In this document: positions 27,654 through 41,160 of the stretch, piece by piece | How the letters are laid out: every line of letters begins with the position of its first letter | Position numbering within the stretch: the first letter of the stretch is position 1 | NCBI GenBank assembly: GCA_951406725.2 | Contig: OX597816.1 | Coordinates: 42,966,001 to 43,030,000 of the forward strand | Direction of reading: 5' to 3' | DNA: 64,000 nt | Source: Octopus vulgaris | Lineage: Eukaryota | Program-made: the position numbers and the translations under genes | The notes under the pieces: generated by a model | Seen by the model: only the letters and a program-made list of their open reading frames with translations | Told to the model about the DNA's origin: nothing | Databases searched by the model: none

Positions 27654-27963
27654 TTCTGTTGCGTCTGGGGAGAGTCATTCTCTTTTAGTGCCTTATTATT
27701 TAACACACTCACCACTAAAATTTCCACTTATTTCTTATTTTTATTTTCTAAAATTTTCGTTGCGTCTTGCAACCATTTCAATAGTCTTGCAAGACGCAAC
27801 GAAAATTTTAGAAAATAAAAATAAGAAATAAGTGGAAATTTTACCGGTGAGTGTGTTAAATAATAAGGCACTAAAAGAGAATGACTCTCCCCAGACACAA
27901 CAGAATATGCTTCAACACACGAACTCATATAAAAGAATCTTGCAAGCCAAATCCAAAAATGAA
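27654..27963. mobile_element. Fold-back Penelope-like insertion with a 12-bp TSD
   Basis: 121-bp inverted arms 27652-27772/27787-27907 (3 mismatches) and a 14-nt spacer. attaaacgatta is duplicated at 27642-27653 and 27964-27975. Confidence 0.85.
27748..27784 (-). ncRNA. Minimal hammerhead-like motif with a U3:A8 core
   Basis: Minus strand reads CUA UUGAAAU G GUUGC AAGAC GCAAC GAA AAUU U UAG. Stem I CUA/UAG, stem II 5 bp, palindromic AAUU stem III. Position 9 is U rather than A. Confidence 0.6.
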
Positions 27964-28891
27964 ATTAAACGATTACTTATCCTGGAAAGAAGATTCTGCG
28001 ATGTAATGTTTCGTTGAATATTTTTCCTCTATGGATATTTTTTATTGTTCTGCATGTAAAGTATCCTTCCCCTCAGTTTTCTGACCTTTAAAGCGACATA
28101 GTTAACGTTGATAACTGATATAAGATACTTAGCGATTCTTTGCTTTGTTTGCTACAACAAAATTATTCCTAATAGTTTAGATTCGGTTCTTGCGTGACCC
28201 TTAAATCTAACGATTTCAATATTTTGACGAAACCCTTCAAGCACCATTTATTAAATCGCGATACTCCTTTCAGAAAATGAACAAACCACCATCACGTTGA
28301 AAATCGGAAACGCGCGGATCGAGATCTGCACTAAAGTTAGTCTAAGACATAAATTTAACCATTTCAAAAACCTCAGTACTATCGTATGGACCTATGGCTG
28401 GTTCAAACAATTCATAGTCACATTTCGTAAATAAATTGTCATAATACAGCAAAGATTGTTTTCGTGCAATGATATTAAGTCCCTTATCTCTAATTGGAAC
28501 ATAAATGGAACGGAACAACTATTTAATTCTAAAAGTTCTTTGAAGATGGTGTTTAGTTGTACACTAAGAGAACTGTACTATATTGAACTGCATAATTTAC
28601 TGACGGTATTTATTATCCTTATTTCTGAAAGATCTGATAAGAGTATAAACAATTCTTCTGTACTTAGTGTTGTAAATGAAGGAATCTAAATTATTGGTTA
28701 TGTATGATATAAAATATTTAAATCTCTACGTATTATAATATAAGTGTGCGCGTGTGTGTTTAATATATGACAATATATTCATATAGAATACATTTCTATA
28801 CATAGACATATGTATACATATATATGTACATAAATATATACAAACACGCATATATATAAACCTAAATATATATGTACGCATATGTGTATAT

Positions 28892-28944
<53 letters not shown>

Positions 28945-28947
<3 letters not shown>

Positions 28948-30045
28948 TGGAGAACATAACACAATATGTTGTGATCTCGATAGAATCCACTGAAGCCCAG
29001 CTGAAGTCACCATCTGTTTCCTTCAGGGAACTGTGTTGGGTCCGCTTCATTTTATAGTCTATAGAAACGACCTTTCGAGCGTCAGAAAACACAGCAAAGC
29101 AAAAATATTCGTTGATGACTCCTAGCTCCAGAAAATTATCAATGAAGAAAACCGAACTCAACTCGCATTGCGAATGTTGCTCCAGTCTGATCTACTTGCT
29201 ATAAGTCAATGGGTAGATGAAATGAAAATGCAACTAAACTAAGGAAAATTTGAGCTGATGCATTTTGGAAGAAATACTATGCTGAAACACCCATAGTCTC
29301 TTCTTTCAGAGGAACCACTCACAGCATCTAATAATATCAGAGGCCTAGAAGTATTTGTTAATAACAATCTCAGCTGGAGTACCCACATCAACAGTAAGGT
29401 CGTTGACATCCTGGATCCTAAGTACATTCCGGTCCAAGAAACAAGCTGTCTCATTCCTCATTTCTTCTCCTTTCTACGGTCATACCTCGAATACTACTAC
29501 CCCTAGTATTGTCCCCATACAAAACAAAACATTTCGAAAATTGAATCACCCTTGAAGTCATTCACTAAAAGAATTAAGGAAATGACTGATCTTGATTACT
29601 GGGACCGCCTTAAAACATTGAAATGCTATTCCCTCCAGCGCTGCAGTGAGCGATACATCATTTGCACGATGCGGGGAATAAACCACCAGCATTTTCAAAA
29701 CGACCTCAACATTAGCTTCAAAATTCATGCAAGGAGAGGATCACGGGCTACACGTTCCCTACACAATACATAAATACACTGCAACAAAAATTATTTTAAA
29801 TTGTCCCGAAATAGACCAAGGAGGAAAAGGTTCCCGTCCCTTTTAAACGGAATCCGGACAAATCTCTTCAAGTAATACCAGACAAGTGACTCATACCTGG
29901 ATGCAAATCCCTCAACAAGTACTCCCTACTCGAAAGGACCATGATACCACAAAACTTGACTATTTAGCTAAATATTTAGCTAACCTTACCAGGCGGTGCT
30001 ATTAAGTTGGACGTGGTCGAAACATATCAAAGTTATCTAAGTTAT
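28945..30045 (+). mobile_element. CR1-clade LINE 3' fragment (decayed reverse transcriptase)
   Basis: QGTVLGPLHFIVYRND (PQGSVLGP motif), IFVDDS (FADD), LQSDL..ISQW, LSWSTHI, and SFTKRIKEMTDLDYWDRLKTLKCYSLQR. Contains stops and frameshifts. Confidence 0.9.
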
Positions 30046-30504
30046 ATATATATATATATATATATCATAATTTTCGTTTACGAGGTCGCTTCCGTTCCTT
30101 CATTCTTTAGTATCGTTTGCACGTGTTCATTCATTCCTTCGACTGCTTTGTAAATGTTCGATTACTTTTAGCGTAGTTGTCTCTGTCTCAGTCATAAATA
30201 CCAGGGGTTCACTTTCAGCATAAATTTGCATTGTGATGTTGCTTCCCATTCCGAGCATATAAGAAGCATTCTTTCTTCTTCCATCAACGGCTCTGTCATA
30301 GAGGTCATGCAAAGCTCTTGTTAGCCACTCTTGCCTCTCTGATCAATCTATTAAAACACACAAACACACACACACACTCACACACACACACATATACACA
30401 CACTCACACAAACACACACACAGACTCTTGCATTTCTGACCAGCCTATCAAAACACACAAACGCCCACATAATCATATAGACAGATAGATTAATAGATAG
30501 AAAC

Positions 30505-30598
<94 letters not shown>

Positions 30599-32078
30599 GG
30601 ATGGATAGTACAGACAACTGACTCAACACTACAGTAAACTAACGTACACATGTATGGTCTCCCTAAGATTCCCAATGATGGTATTCCATTAAGACCTATA
30701 GTGAGCTCTAGAGGGTCAGCATGTCATCCACTGAAGTGCTTCCTTGTGGATATAATCAGTCCATTAGCAAGAAAGTCAACATTGTACATGAGGAATTCCA
30801 CCCACTTCGCAGAATTAATCAAGGATAACGCCATTGAACCCTACCCAATGGTGAGTCTAGATGTGATAAGACTGTTCACCAAAAGTCCTAACTGGTGAAC
30901 ACTATAGGTGATTCAAGAAAAAACTTGTGAAAGACACCTATCTAGGAGAACATACTAGTATACCAATAAGAAATTTGATGGAAATGTTGACTTTCTGTGT
31001 AGAAACTACCTGGACACTGATATATATCGACAAGAAGAGGGTTTAGCTATGGGTTCGCCATTATCACCGATAATAGCTAATATATACATGGAATATATTA
31101 GAGAATTTGACTTTATGATCAACACCACTAAAAACAACCCTATGGCTGCTATATGTTGCTGCAAACTTTATACTCTGGCGCCACCAAGAATATGGCCAAG
31201 TTCTGTTAGATCATGTGAACTCAATAGAGCCATCCATACAGTTCACAATGAAAAAGGAAAGAAAAGAAAAAGGCAATCAGCTAGCATTTCTGGACGTATC
31301 AGTAACAAGCACCAAGTATGGATTCAGAACATCCAGATATCGCAAGCCGACCTTAACTGGACGATACTTCAACTTCAATTCCCACCATCCATACAGTGTA
31401 AAAAGAGGGATTGCCCAGTACCTAAAACATCGAGCAAAGAATATAAGTAGCGAACGTGATACCTACCACTAAGAAATGATCAAGCTACGTAACAATCTAT
31501 TAAGCAACAACTAACCCCCAAACATACAATCCACTCCAATTATGAAGAAAAGAGAGGATGAAACCAATAAACTGTCCACAGTCTCTCTACCCTATGTGGA
31601 AGGTCTCTCCGAAAAGATACAAAAGATATGCGGTCCATATGACATCAGGACATTATTCAAGTGTAATACAACACCTTGCAATTATCTCCTTCCAGTAAAA
31701 CCACCAATAGAAGAGAATATGACCAAGAACTGCGAGTACTCCATACCAGGTTATACAATGGTGAAACATGCCGCCCCTAAAAATAAGGACAGATGAACAT
31801 CGCAAAGCTGTGACACGAGGAGATATTGATAAATCGGGTATTGCTGATTATGTATTGAAAATGGAGACTAACTCCACCTGTGAGATGAAGTTAAAATAGT
31901 AGACAGAGAACACCACTGGAAAATACGAAACGTAAAAGAAGCAGCACATACGCTAGGGCACAACAACCTCCTAAGCAGTACGAGTGCAGATATGAATAGC
32001 ATATGGGAACCCGTTTTAAGGAAGGATAGGAGAAAATTATATTTATAAGCCCTCGTATTCAATCCATAATTGCCCATA

Positions 32079-32131
32079 GGCATAAGGCGTAGTGGTTAAG
32101 AGTGCCGGCTATTAAACCCAAGTTTCCGAGT
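32079..32131 (+). other. tRNA-like 5' segment in the 3' UTR/pLTR of the Penelope element
   Basis: ggcgtagtggttaagagtgccggct is an A-box/D-arm-like sequence that breaks off at ..ccgagt. A B-box-like ggtttgaaatttccc lies at 32194-32208. Confidence 0.55.
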
Positions 32132-32211
32132 AATAATATAATAATAATGATAACAGCAGGAACATCGAAAAATACCTTAGTAATGAGAACCCAGGTTTGA
32201 AATTTCCCTAA

Positions 32212-32257
32212 GACACCTGATGAACGCTGAAGGGTACAGCAACCGAAATGATGCGTT
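32212..32257 (+). ncRNA. Decayed type I hammerhead in the Penelope pLTR
   Basis: GACAC CUGAUGA ..GCUG/CAGC.. GAAA UGAU GCGUU. The core is intact, while stems I and III carry substitutions. Confidence 0.7.
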
Positions 32258-32574
32258 AACAACAAAAATGAGGACAAATATCAGCCAAATGTAAATCATG
32301 TACATAATTCCTCATCTCTTAAATATAGAAGTGTATTATATAGATGGAGAGATCTTTTATCTCATTGACTATTCACCAATAGTCATCATTCATTTACCTA
32401 TTGTTACACCCCTCCAAAGCGTTCGCTTATTAATATATTTTTGTAATTTTTATATAACTATCTGATTTCTCATTCAAATTCAAAGATTTCGCTTGCATCG
32501 CTTCCCTCTCATAACTTACAAATATAAGCATATATATTTCCGCACATGCGCGTTGTTACATATAAGAATATTCT

Positions 32575-33085
32575 GTGGCTGTGTGGTAAGTAGCTTACTT
32601 ACCAAATGCATGGTTTATGTGTCTGCCTCTGTCCCCACCATCATCGTTTTGACAACCGGTGTTGGTGTGTTTACGTCCCCTCAACTTAGCGGTTCGGCAA
32701 AAGAGACCGATAGAAAAAGTTCTAAGCTTACAAAGAATAAGTCCTAGGGTCAATTTGTTCGACTAAAAGCGGTGCTCCAGCATGACCGCAGTGAAATGAC
32801 TAAAGCAAGTAAAAGAAAAAATAGAAGGTGTAGGATTGGCACCTTGGGTAAGTGTCTTCTTCTATAGCCTCGGGCCGACCAAGGCCTTGTGAGTGGATTT
32901 GGTAGACGGAAACTGAAAGACGCCCGTCGTATATGTGTGTATTTATATATGTATGTGTGTGTATATGTTTGTGTGTCTGTGTTTGTCCCCCCAACATCGC
33001 TTGACAATCGATGCTGGTGTGTTTACGTCCCCGTAACATAGCGGTTCAGCAAAAGACTGAAACTAGTAAAAGAGAGAGTAAAGAT
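32575..33085 (+). mobile_element. Two rearranged or deleted SINE family A copies in tandem
   Basis: Head fragment fused to a 3' half (32575-32825), then a 5'-truncated copy starting at ggcaccttggg (32838-33085). Confidence 0.8.
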
Positions 33086-33677
33086 TAAGAGCATATTAAA
33101 AAAAATAAAAAAACAAGTTTCGAAATTTAAAATTGATGGTATCAACTGTAGTAACATAGGTAGTTCGCAGGCGAAATGCATTATTTAACTATAAATTACA
33201 AATTAGCACGAAGCGTAGACAACCTAGTGACGTCTTATTTCAAATCTTAGTGTTTGAAAGTTTAGTTTATAAATATTTCTGCACCATGTGCTGTGTTTTT
33301 AGAGCAAAATAAAACCAGTACTCTAACGGAATATAACGTGACGGTCTTTTAATACTAGGTGGTCAACGCTGAAGAAGCTCAAGGATTAAATTTTCAAAAG
33401 CCGAAACCTGGGTATGTGGGTGTCCTAAATTGCATAATCTTTCCTAGTTGAGATTTTGAATGTATTAATTCTTTCTATTTCCTCGCCTACTGTTATTTCT
33501 CTGTTATCATGGTGTCTTTGTGCTTTACGGTGATTTAATTAAGACTTTAGCTCTTATTTCTAGCAGTTTGATTCTTATTCTGCCTCCTGACACTTCGTAC
33601 TAATTTGTAATTTATATATGCATACATACATACAAGCATACATACATATATATGTGTGAGTGTGTGTGTGTGTGTGT

Positions 33678-33726
<49 letters not shown>

Positions 33727-33740
33727 TGTGCGTGTGTATG

Positions 33741-34002
33741 CGGTGGCGGACTGGGTTTTAAAATACTGGTTACCAGAAACCTAAGAGGACGCACCTGCAA
33801 GTACAAGAGTGCCCACCCGAAACTACAAGGGGGCTCACCCACTACTACAACGCTATTATTTATTATTCTTTCAGGAGTGAATACAAAATTCTCAAACTTG
33901 AGGGGATGGGCCCCTTAGATAATAACATGGGCCCCTATATATGTACTATAATGGTGCAGGGGCCCACTTGCCATCAGGCAAGCTGGCAACCTGGCCAGTC
34001 CG

Positions 34003-34008
<6 letters not shown>
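33741..34008. mobile_element. hAT-like MITE
   Basis: Ends cggtggcggactgg / ccagtccggcattg (11 of 14 complementary) with repeated subterminal gggccc motifs. Lies within a (TG)/(TA) tract. Confidence 0.65.
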
Positions 34009-34040
<32 letters not shown>

Positions 34041-34311
34041 AAGTGAGATAATTTTTAACTGCATATTACCTCAATACATCTGACTAATATAGGCACAATG
34101 AGATACATTTATCTACAGGCTGAAACAGCTGTAAGATCCATTTTATATGTATTATTTTTATGGTATTATCTTATTTATTGATGTATATTGTTTTATTTTG
34201 TTTTATTCTATTGGATTTGGATGTTCCTATTTAAGTAGTTAATAAATAATATGAATTGGTATTATCTGTAAGTCGATGATTGAAAGGAATCTGTTCCTCC
34301 ATTTTCTTATT

Positions 34312-34359
<48 letters not shown>

Positions 34360-35871
34360 TTGGCAACAATTGTTTTTGGCAATTGTTGCCAGGTATCTTT
34401 AATTGCCCTATACCTTTTCAGCAGAAAAAAGTTACTCATTCCTAGTTTTTCTCAGTGTTACTCAGCAATGACAAAGGTCTCTGAGGACATCTTTTTACTA
34501 TTCAGAAAGAAAACCAAAACAATTATCTCTTGCGAATCGAACATGTAATGTAATATTTCTTCGCAGCGTGCTTGCCAACACAGCAAATAGCTCATACTTT
34601 AGCTGATATGCGCACTCTTAAATATTTATTTTCACGCTAATAATCTAATTTGCGAATGGCTAGCTGTATTAAAACAAAAATGAAGTTGTTACAAATTACT
34701 TGAACTCCTCGGAACTTTTGCATATTTTGCCTGACACATTAACAGATTGTTGTAGAGAAAGCTAATCAGCTGACGTTCTTTGGGGACATAATTTTTCTTA
34801 ATTGCTGTTCAGTTATTCAGAATATAACCCAGCATCTTAACAACTTTAAGACGTGGGTTAATACATAACATATAGGTTTCACGTTTCTCATCATTACACA
34901 TACGTTCACTTTCTGATTAATTTTTAATGTGAAGTTTATGACTTCTAGAAAATTATACTTTCAGTTCTGTTTTCTTCAGTTTTGATTCCATGTCAGTCCC
35001 CAGAGTAATATCCGATCAATTCTGTATTCTCCTTAATTGATATTTTAATTAAGGCATCCGGCAATTATTCTTCATTAAGAAGAAATCCGAGACAATATAT
35101 TCTTTTGTGATTTTGCTGTGTTTTTAATATCAACACATCAGAGCAGAATCATACACACACACACGCAAACACACACACACCACACACACACATACTCACA
35201 CACTCACATACACACACACACACACACTCAACCATAATCACACTCGTGCAAAAACCTACATGCACAGTTTCTGCAATAAACAGACCTTAGCTAATATGTA
35301 TTCTTATAGGCCCCAACTGACACATCTCTAGAATCCGTTTCCTATTAGAGACTATAATTGCAGTGTTTGCTGTGGGAGTCACTCTCTCTCTCTCTCACTC
35401 CCTCTCCCCTCTCTCTCTCCCTTTCTCTCCTCTCTGTCTCTCTTCCTCTCTCTATGCAATCTACTATTTATTACCTGTTGTTTGTTGTATATGCAAATGT
35501 TTCACATCCACACACACACACTTGCACACAGACACACACACACAGACACACACACACATCCTTCTCTCTACTGATTGCCTACTGACTGCCAATGCTAAGA
35601 GCACAGCCTCGTTTCAACATTTTCCTTACACTTATGCATTTCAAAAAACAAAAAAAAAAAGAAACTTACTCAAACATATGATCAATAAGGTAGAAAAGAC
35701 AATCTTTAATGGAAGCATTACATCCACATCCTTTTCCCGAGCATAAAAGCGCATTATCAACCATTCACGAATAGGCATATAAAAGAACACGTACTTAAAA
35801 TAGTTGCTACAAAAGCTTAAAACAGCTGCTAAGCCCCTAAATCTGTTAAGGTTACCTTTTAATCTTTTATA

Positions 35872-36005
35872 TTTTACTTGTTTCGGTTATTGAACTGCTC
35901 TCATAGTGGGCCATCGCCTTTTTAAATCTGGTGCATATTTTATCAGTCTTTTTTGTCGAACAGCTAAGGTACAGGGACGTAAGCAGACCAGAAATGCTTG
36001 CCAAA
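35872..36005 (-). mobile_element. Degenerate SINE family A 3' half
   Basis: ttttacttgtttc.. and ..cttttttgtcgaacagctaaggtacagggacgtaa match the reverse of the family A tail. Confidence 0.6.
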
Positions 36006-36058
36006 TTATAGAGAAGAAACACAAATACAAACACACACGTGTGTGAAAGAGAGAAAAT

Positions 36059-36095
<37 letters not shown>

Positions 36096-36308
36096 AAGAC
36101 AGAGAGACAGGCAGATAGACAGAAATACGGGCAGACAGACAGACAGTTCGGAAAAAGATATCGATAGAATAAATACAAGAAGTTTATAAAATGATAAGCC
36201 CTGGGGCAGATTTGTATGACGAAGCATGTCATAGCTGCTGTAGCATGGCCGAAGTCCAAGGACTGGACCAATTAATTCATAAGACACACACATACACACA
36301 TGTGTATG

Positions 36309-36345
<37 letters not shown>

Positions 36346-36512
36346 GGGTTTAGCAACAAGTTGCTTCACCATATACCGAAAATTTAGAGATAGCAGCCAA
36401 ATTGACAGCTAATTATTTTCACTACAGATATGACGCCACAGACAACAATATTTGTAACTCACATAGGCAAAAAAAAAAATAAAAAATAACGAAATCAAAC
36501 AGTCTTCGATTA

Positions 36513-36570
36513 ATTATGGACGCGTTTCTGAATTAGAATTATACAAATTAATTTCCTTCTTCAATATAAT
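36513..36570 (-). ncRNA. Minimal type I hammerhead motif in a (TA)n-flanked cassette (36341-36592)
   Basis: Minus strand reads AUUAUA UUGAAGA ..aauua/uaauu.. GAAA CGCG UC CAUAAU. Palindromic stem III ACGCGU, triplet GUC, C3U substitution. Confidence 0.75.
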
Positions 36571-36588
36571 ATTTAGAGAATTATAAAT

Positions 36589-36639
<51 letters not shown>

Positions 36640-37052
36640 CATAAGTATGAATGTGCTTATCATAGGTGACTGTCAACCCAGTCTTCTATTGATATAGCTC
36701 GTGGTAAAATTTATGTAACACCTGCTTAAAACAACCATAAACTTAAAGTAGATGTGATGACAGAATTTTAATATTATTACTCAACAGAATTCATTTATAT
36801 CACCCTCTCAGATACTTTCGCCTGTATTTATTCTACTTTTCTTTATCCTAATACCCCTCCCTCGCTTTAACCTTAATGTAATTTTCCTCTAATATGGCCA
36901 CTCTATAACTTTCAGTTTCCCTTTTACCTTCTTCTTTTACTTACTTTCTTGTCTACAGTTTATATATTTTATTTTATTTCATTTATTTCACTATACATAT
37001 TTTATTCTATTCTATTTCTTATGGATATTTAAAAATTGAAAATATCATAACA

Positions 37053-37217
37053 GGCGCAGGAGTGGCTGTGTGGTAAGTAGCTTGCTAACCAACCACATGG
37101 TTCCGGGTTCAGTCCCACTTCGTGGCATCTTGAGCAAGTGTCGTCTACTATAGCCCCGGGCCGACCAATGCCTTGTGAGTGGATTTGGTAGACGGAAACT
37201 GAAAGAAGCCTGTCGTA

Positions 37218-37268
<51 letters not shown>

Positions 37269-37487
37269 ATGTGTTTGTGTGTCTTTGATTGTTCCCCTAG
37301 CATTGCTTGACAACCGATGCTGGTGTGTTTACGTCCCCGTCACTTAGCGGTTCGGCAAAAGAGACCGATAGAATAAGTACTGGGCTTACAAAGAATAAGT
37401 CCCGGGGTCGATTTGCTCGACTAAAAGGCGGTGCTCCAGCATGGCCGCAGTCAAATGACTGAAACAAGTAAAAGAGTAGAAGAGAAT
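37053..37487 (+). mobile_element. SINE family A, full length
   Basis: Near-consensus copy. Confidence 0.92.
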
Positions 37488-37837
37488 ACCTCATTCCCTA
37501 AATGAAGCGCGTAAATAACATGACTGTCCAAACTTTATATCTTTCGCGACACACCACTTTATGTGTGAATGTACCTGATGTGAACCAGACTGCAACATTG
37601 ATGTAACATAGTATGATGCACAGCATCCCACCTATAATGGACAGTTGCAGAATAAGCTGAAATGATCGTTGTACAAAATAAAGATCTATACTAATTCCAT
37701 TACCTGTTCACGTAATCGATTATTACGTCCCTGCTGTATTCTTGGGTTATACTTATGTTTGAAAATTACGCTTCATCTGTTCATTGCGTTTTTTTTTTTA
37801 ATGGAGTAATGTTCTTATTCTTTTATTAAAAATATAA

Positions 37838-38068
37838 ATATTTCTTTACTCCCCACGAGGGGCTAAACATAGAGGGGACAAACAAGGACAGACAAAGGGA
37901 TTAAGTCGATTACATCAACCCCAGTGCGTAACTGGTACTTAATTTATCGACCCCGAAAGGATGAAAGGCAAAGTCGACCTCGGCGGAATTTGAACCCAGA
38001 ACATAACGACAGACGAAATGCCGCTAAGCATTTCGCCCAGAGCGCTAACGCTTCTGCCAGCTCGCCAG
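37838..38068 (-). mobile_element. SINE family B
   Basis: Reverse complement of the B consensus. Confidence 0.9.
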
Positions 38069-38407
38069 CTCGAGCGAGATGAATCTATATAGTTTATTAT
38101 TCACTCCGATCACTTAAAATTTGCCGCGGCATTATAAACAGTTATTTGTTGAGATTGGCATGTTCTATGACCGTTGTCATAGTTCGAAATTGTGACGATA
38201 CGGGTATACCTGTTTTTTCAAATTATGATTCTTTTCGTTATTGGTAGTGGGGCTGAGAATATTTCCTCATTCCTCCGACTTCAATTAAAGTGTTCAATGA
38301 AAATTTGTGGTTGTAGTTCTTTCCTGACTGCTATTTTTAGCGTGCCAGTGCTACCTATGATACCCTTGATTATTAATTGAATATATGTGTATGTGTGTCT
38401 GGATATC

Positions 38408-38451
<44 letters not shown>

Positions 38452-39297
38452 TGCATATGTGGTTTGTGTGTATATATATATGTGTGTGTGCGTGTGTGTG
38501 TGTGTGTGTTATACATCATTCCACAGCAATATTAAAAATGACAAGAGAAAATTTATTGCTGGAGAGAATCCACGCTAGATGTAGACTAATATATTATAAT
38601 ATTCCATTCGACACGTTGAACATGATGTGAGGCGAAATTTGAAATCCAGAAGTCCAAGACTTCGGGAAATTTTGGCAAAAATGCTTCAATCAATCAATAT
38701 TATTGTTATCTAAATGTCTGTGTGTGTATGTATGTGTGTGTGTGTATGCATAAGTGTACGGTGTGTGCGCGGGTGCGTTTGTATGTAGGCGTGTGTTGGT
38801 GTGGGTGTGCTCTAATATATTTTAGGATGGTCACTCTACCACAGAGAAGCACGCTTACTCGCTGTGGTTCACTTAATATCTGTTTATATTGTCAGAAATA
38901 TTTCATCACACATCACATATAACCATAACCGTTTCAACTGTTTCAAATCCACCAGCCTAGGTTATGTTTTATATCTTTTATCTATATGTTGTCTCTGTCT
39001 GTCTGTCGGTCTCTCCCCGTCTCTCTCTCTCTCTCTCACACTTTTTTTCTTATTTTGGCAGTATGGCTCCTAAAATATAACACTACTTTCCACACATGGT
39101 TTCAACTCAAAATTTTTTCAAAGGAAATGCAAAAAATAATATATATTTATATGTGTGTGTGTGTGTGTGTGTATACATAATATATATACGTGTGTATATA
39201 TATATGTATGTGTGTGTGTGTGAGTATATATATACATATATATATATGCATATATATATGCATATACCTATGTGTGTATATATATGTAAATATATGT

Positions 39298-39378
<81 letters not shown>

Positions 39379-39473
39379 TAGATGAGTTGTGTGTGAATGT
39401 GCCACATTCACTCCATCGTTCTGTGAGCGTATGTGTTTGTGTTTGTGTATGAGTGTGTGTGTGTGTGTGTCTG

Positions 39474-39520
<47 letters not shown>

Positions 39521-39704
39521 TTGTGTGTGTGTGTGAGAGAGAGAGAGCGAGAGTATATCAATACGTAGATAAGTTAAAAAAATATTTACGACATCGTTCT
39601 CAGAGGACATATCCTAGTCGCTCATTTAATTTTATGTCCTTGTATATCTGTCTCTATCGACCTCACTCTATCACACAGATACATATATTGATAATGACTG
39701 CTGT

Positions 39705-40050
39705 TTAACTTGCTTCCCAAATATATGGTTCTGGGTTCAATTCCACAGCGTGGAATTCTAATTTAGCCCCAGCCTCAATAAAATTTTGTGAGTGGATGCG
39801 GGAGACAGAATGTATGTATAGAATACATAGGTATGTATGATATATACAGGCGTGTATGTAACCATGTGTGAGCGTCTTTCTGTCTCCAACCATTAACTGC
39901 TCTTAGTTTTCTCATCTCCCCATAACCTGGTGGTTCGGCAACAGGGACCAAAAAATTAAATACAAGATTTTACATATAAAAAAGTACAGAGGTCGATTCA
40001 TTTGCCTAAAACCCTTGAAGGTGTTCCAGCATGGCCGCATTCCGATTATG
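39705..40050 (+). mobile_element. Degenerate SINE family A
   Basis: tggttctgggttcaattccac, ttgtgagtggat, ggttcggcaa and gtgttccagcatggccgca occur in the expected order. Confidence 0.7.
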
Positions 40051-40266
40051 AAGACAACTTCTTACATAAAACATATTTATATCTGTATATGTGCATGTCT
40101 CTATATATGTTTACCTATCAATTTTATATATGTGCATATATGTGTGTGTATGTTAGTGCTAGTGTATGTGTCTGTGTGTGTGTGTGTGCGTGTGGTGTGT
40201 TGGTAGGTACGTAGGTAGTAAGATAGGCAGGTAGGTTGGTATCTATACACACACATGCTTACATAT

Positions 40267-40315
<49 letters not shown>

Positions 40316-40744
40316 TGTAATGTGCATGACGTTACTCATCTTTGCTTTGTGTAGCGCAATATTATATTTATAGAAAAATTATGTTGTTAAAGCATTTGGC
40401 AGATAGAATACTGTGGTTTTATAGCTTTTGGTGAAATGAGATAGAACACAAAATATAACAAACTGTTTGCGAAACTAACTTTGCAATATAACATACATAA
40501 CAAGTGGTTGTTTATACGTTGGACAGTGACGTTAAATACAAGCTGAATTGCCTGCATGGCAATAAGTATGTAATACGTATGTACGGGTGAGTGCGTTTTT
40601 GTGTGTCTGGATGTATACATTCCTGCACACATATATAGAGACACACATATATAGAGACACACATACAAAAATAGATATATTTACCACACAACTACGCCTG
40701 CGCCTCTCTATCTCTCTCTCTATATATATATATATACATATATA

Positions 40745-40925
40745 GGCGCATGCGAGGCTGTGTGGTAAGAAGCTTCTTTCCCAATCACATAGTTCTGGGT
40801 TCAGTCCCACTGTATGTCACCTTCGGCAAGTGTCTCGTCTACTATAGCCTTGGGGTGACCAAAGACTTGAGAGTGAACCCGGTAGACGTAAACGGAAAGA
40901 ATCCCGTCGTATATATGTATATATG

Positions 40926-40956
<31 letters not shown>

Positions 40957-41160
40957 ATGTTTTTGTGTCTGTGTCTGTCCCCCTCTCTAACATTGCTTAA
41001 CAACCGATGCTGGTGTGTTTACGTCCCTATCACCTAGCGGTTCGGCAAGAGAGACCCATAGAATAAGTACTAGGCTTACAAAGAATAAGTCCTGGGGTCG
41101 ATATGCTCGAATAAAGACGGTGCTCCAGCATAGCCACAGTCAAATGACTGAAACGATAGA
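40745..41160 (+). mobile_element. SINE family A
   Basis: Full-length, moderately diverged copy. A partial further tail lies at about 41265-41360. Confidence 0.88.

Larger units (their letters stand above)
30612..32340 (+). mobile_element. Decayed 5'-truncated Penelope-like element (Poseidon-type RT, GIY-YIG, pLTR)
   Basis: MYGLPKIPNDGIPLRPIVS, SLDVIRLFT, YRQEEGLAMGSPLSPIIANIYME, SIQFTM, LAFLDV, YRKPT..GRYFNFNSHHP, LPYVEGLSEKI, and YSIP..YNGET..EHRKAV..KEAAH. HHR remnant downstream. Confidence 0.95.

Noticed and set aside
34360-34430. 12-bp-arm palindrome tggcaacaattg/caattgttgcca with nearby CUGAAAA-GGUAU/AUACC on the minus strand
   Set aside because: The palindrome is real, but GAAA is missing after the putative stem II. 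Insufficient for an HHR or MITE call.
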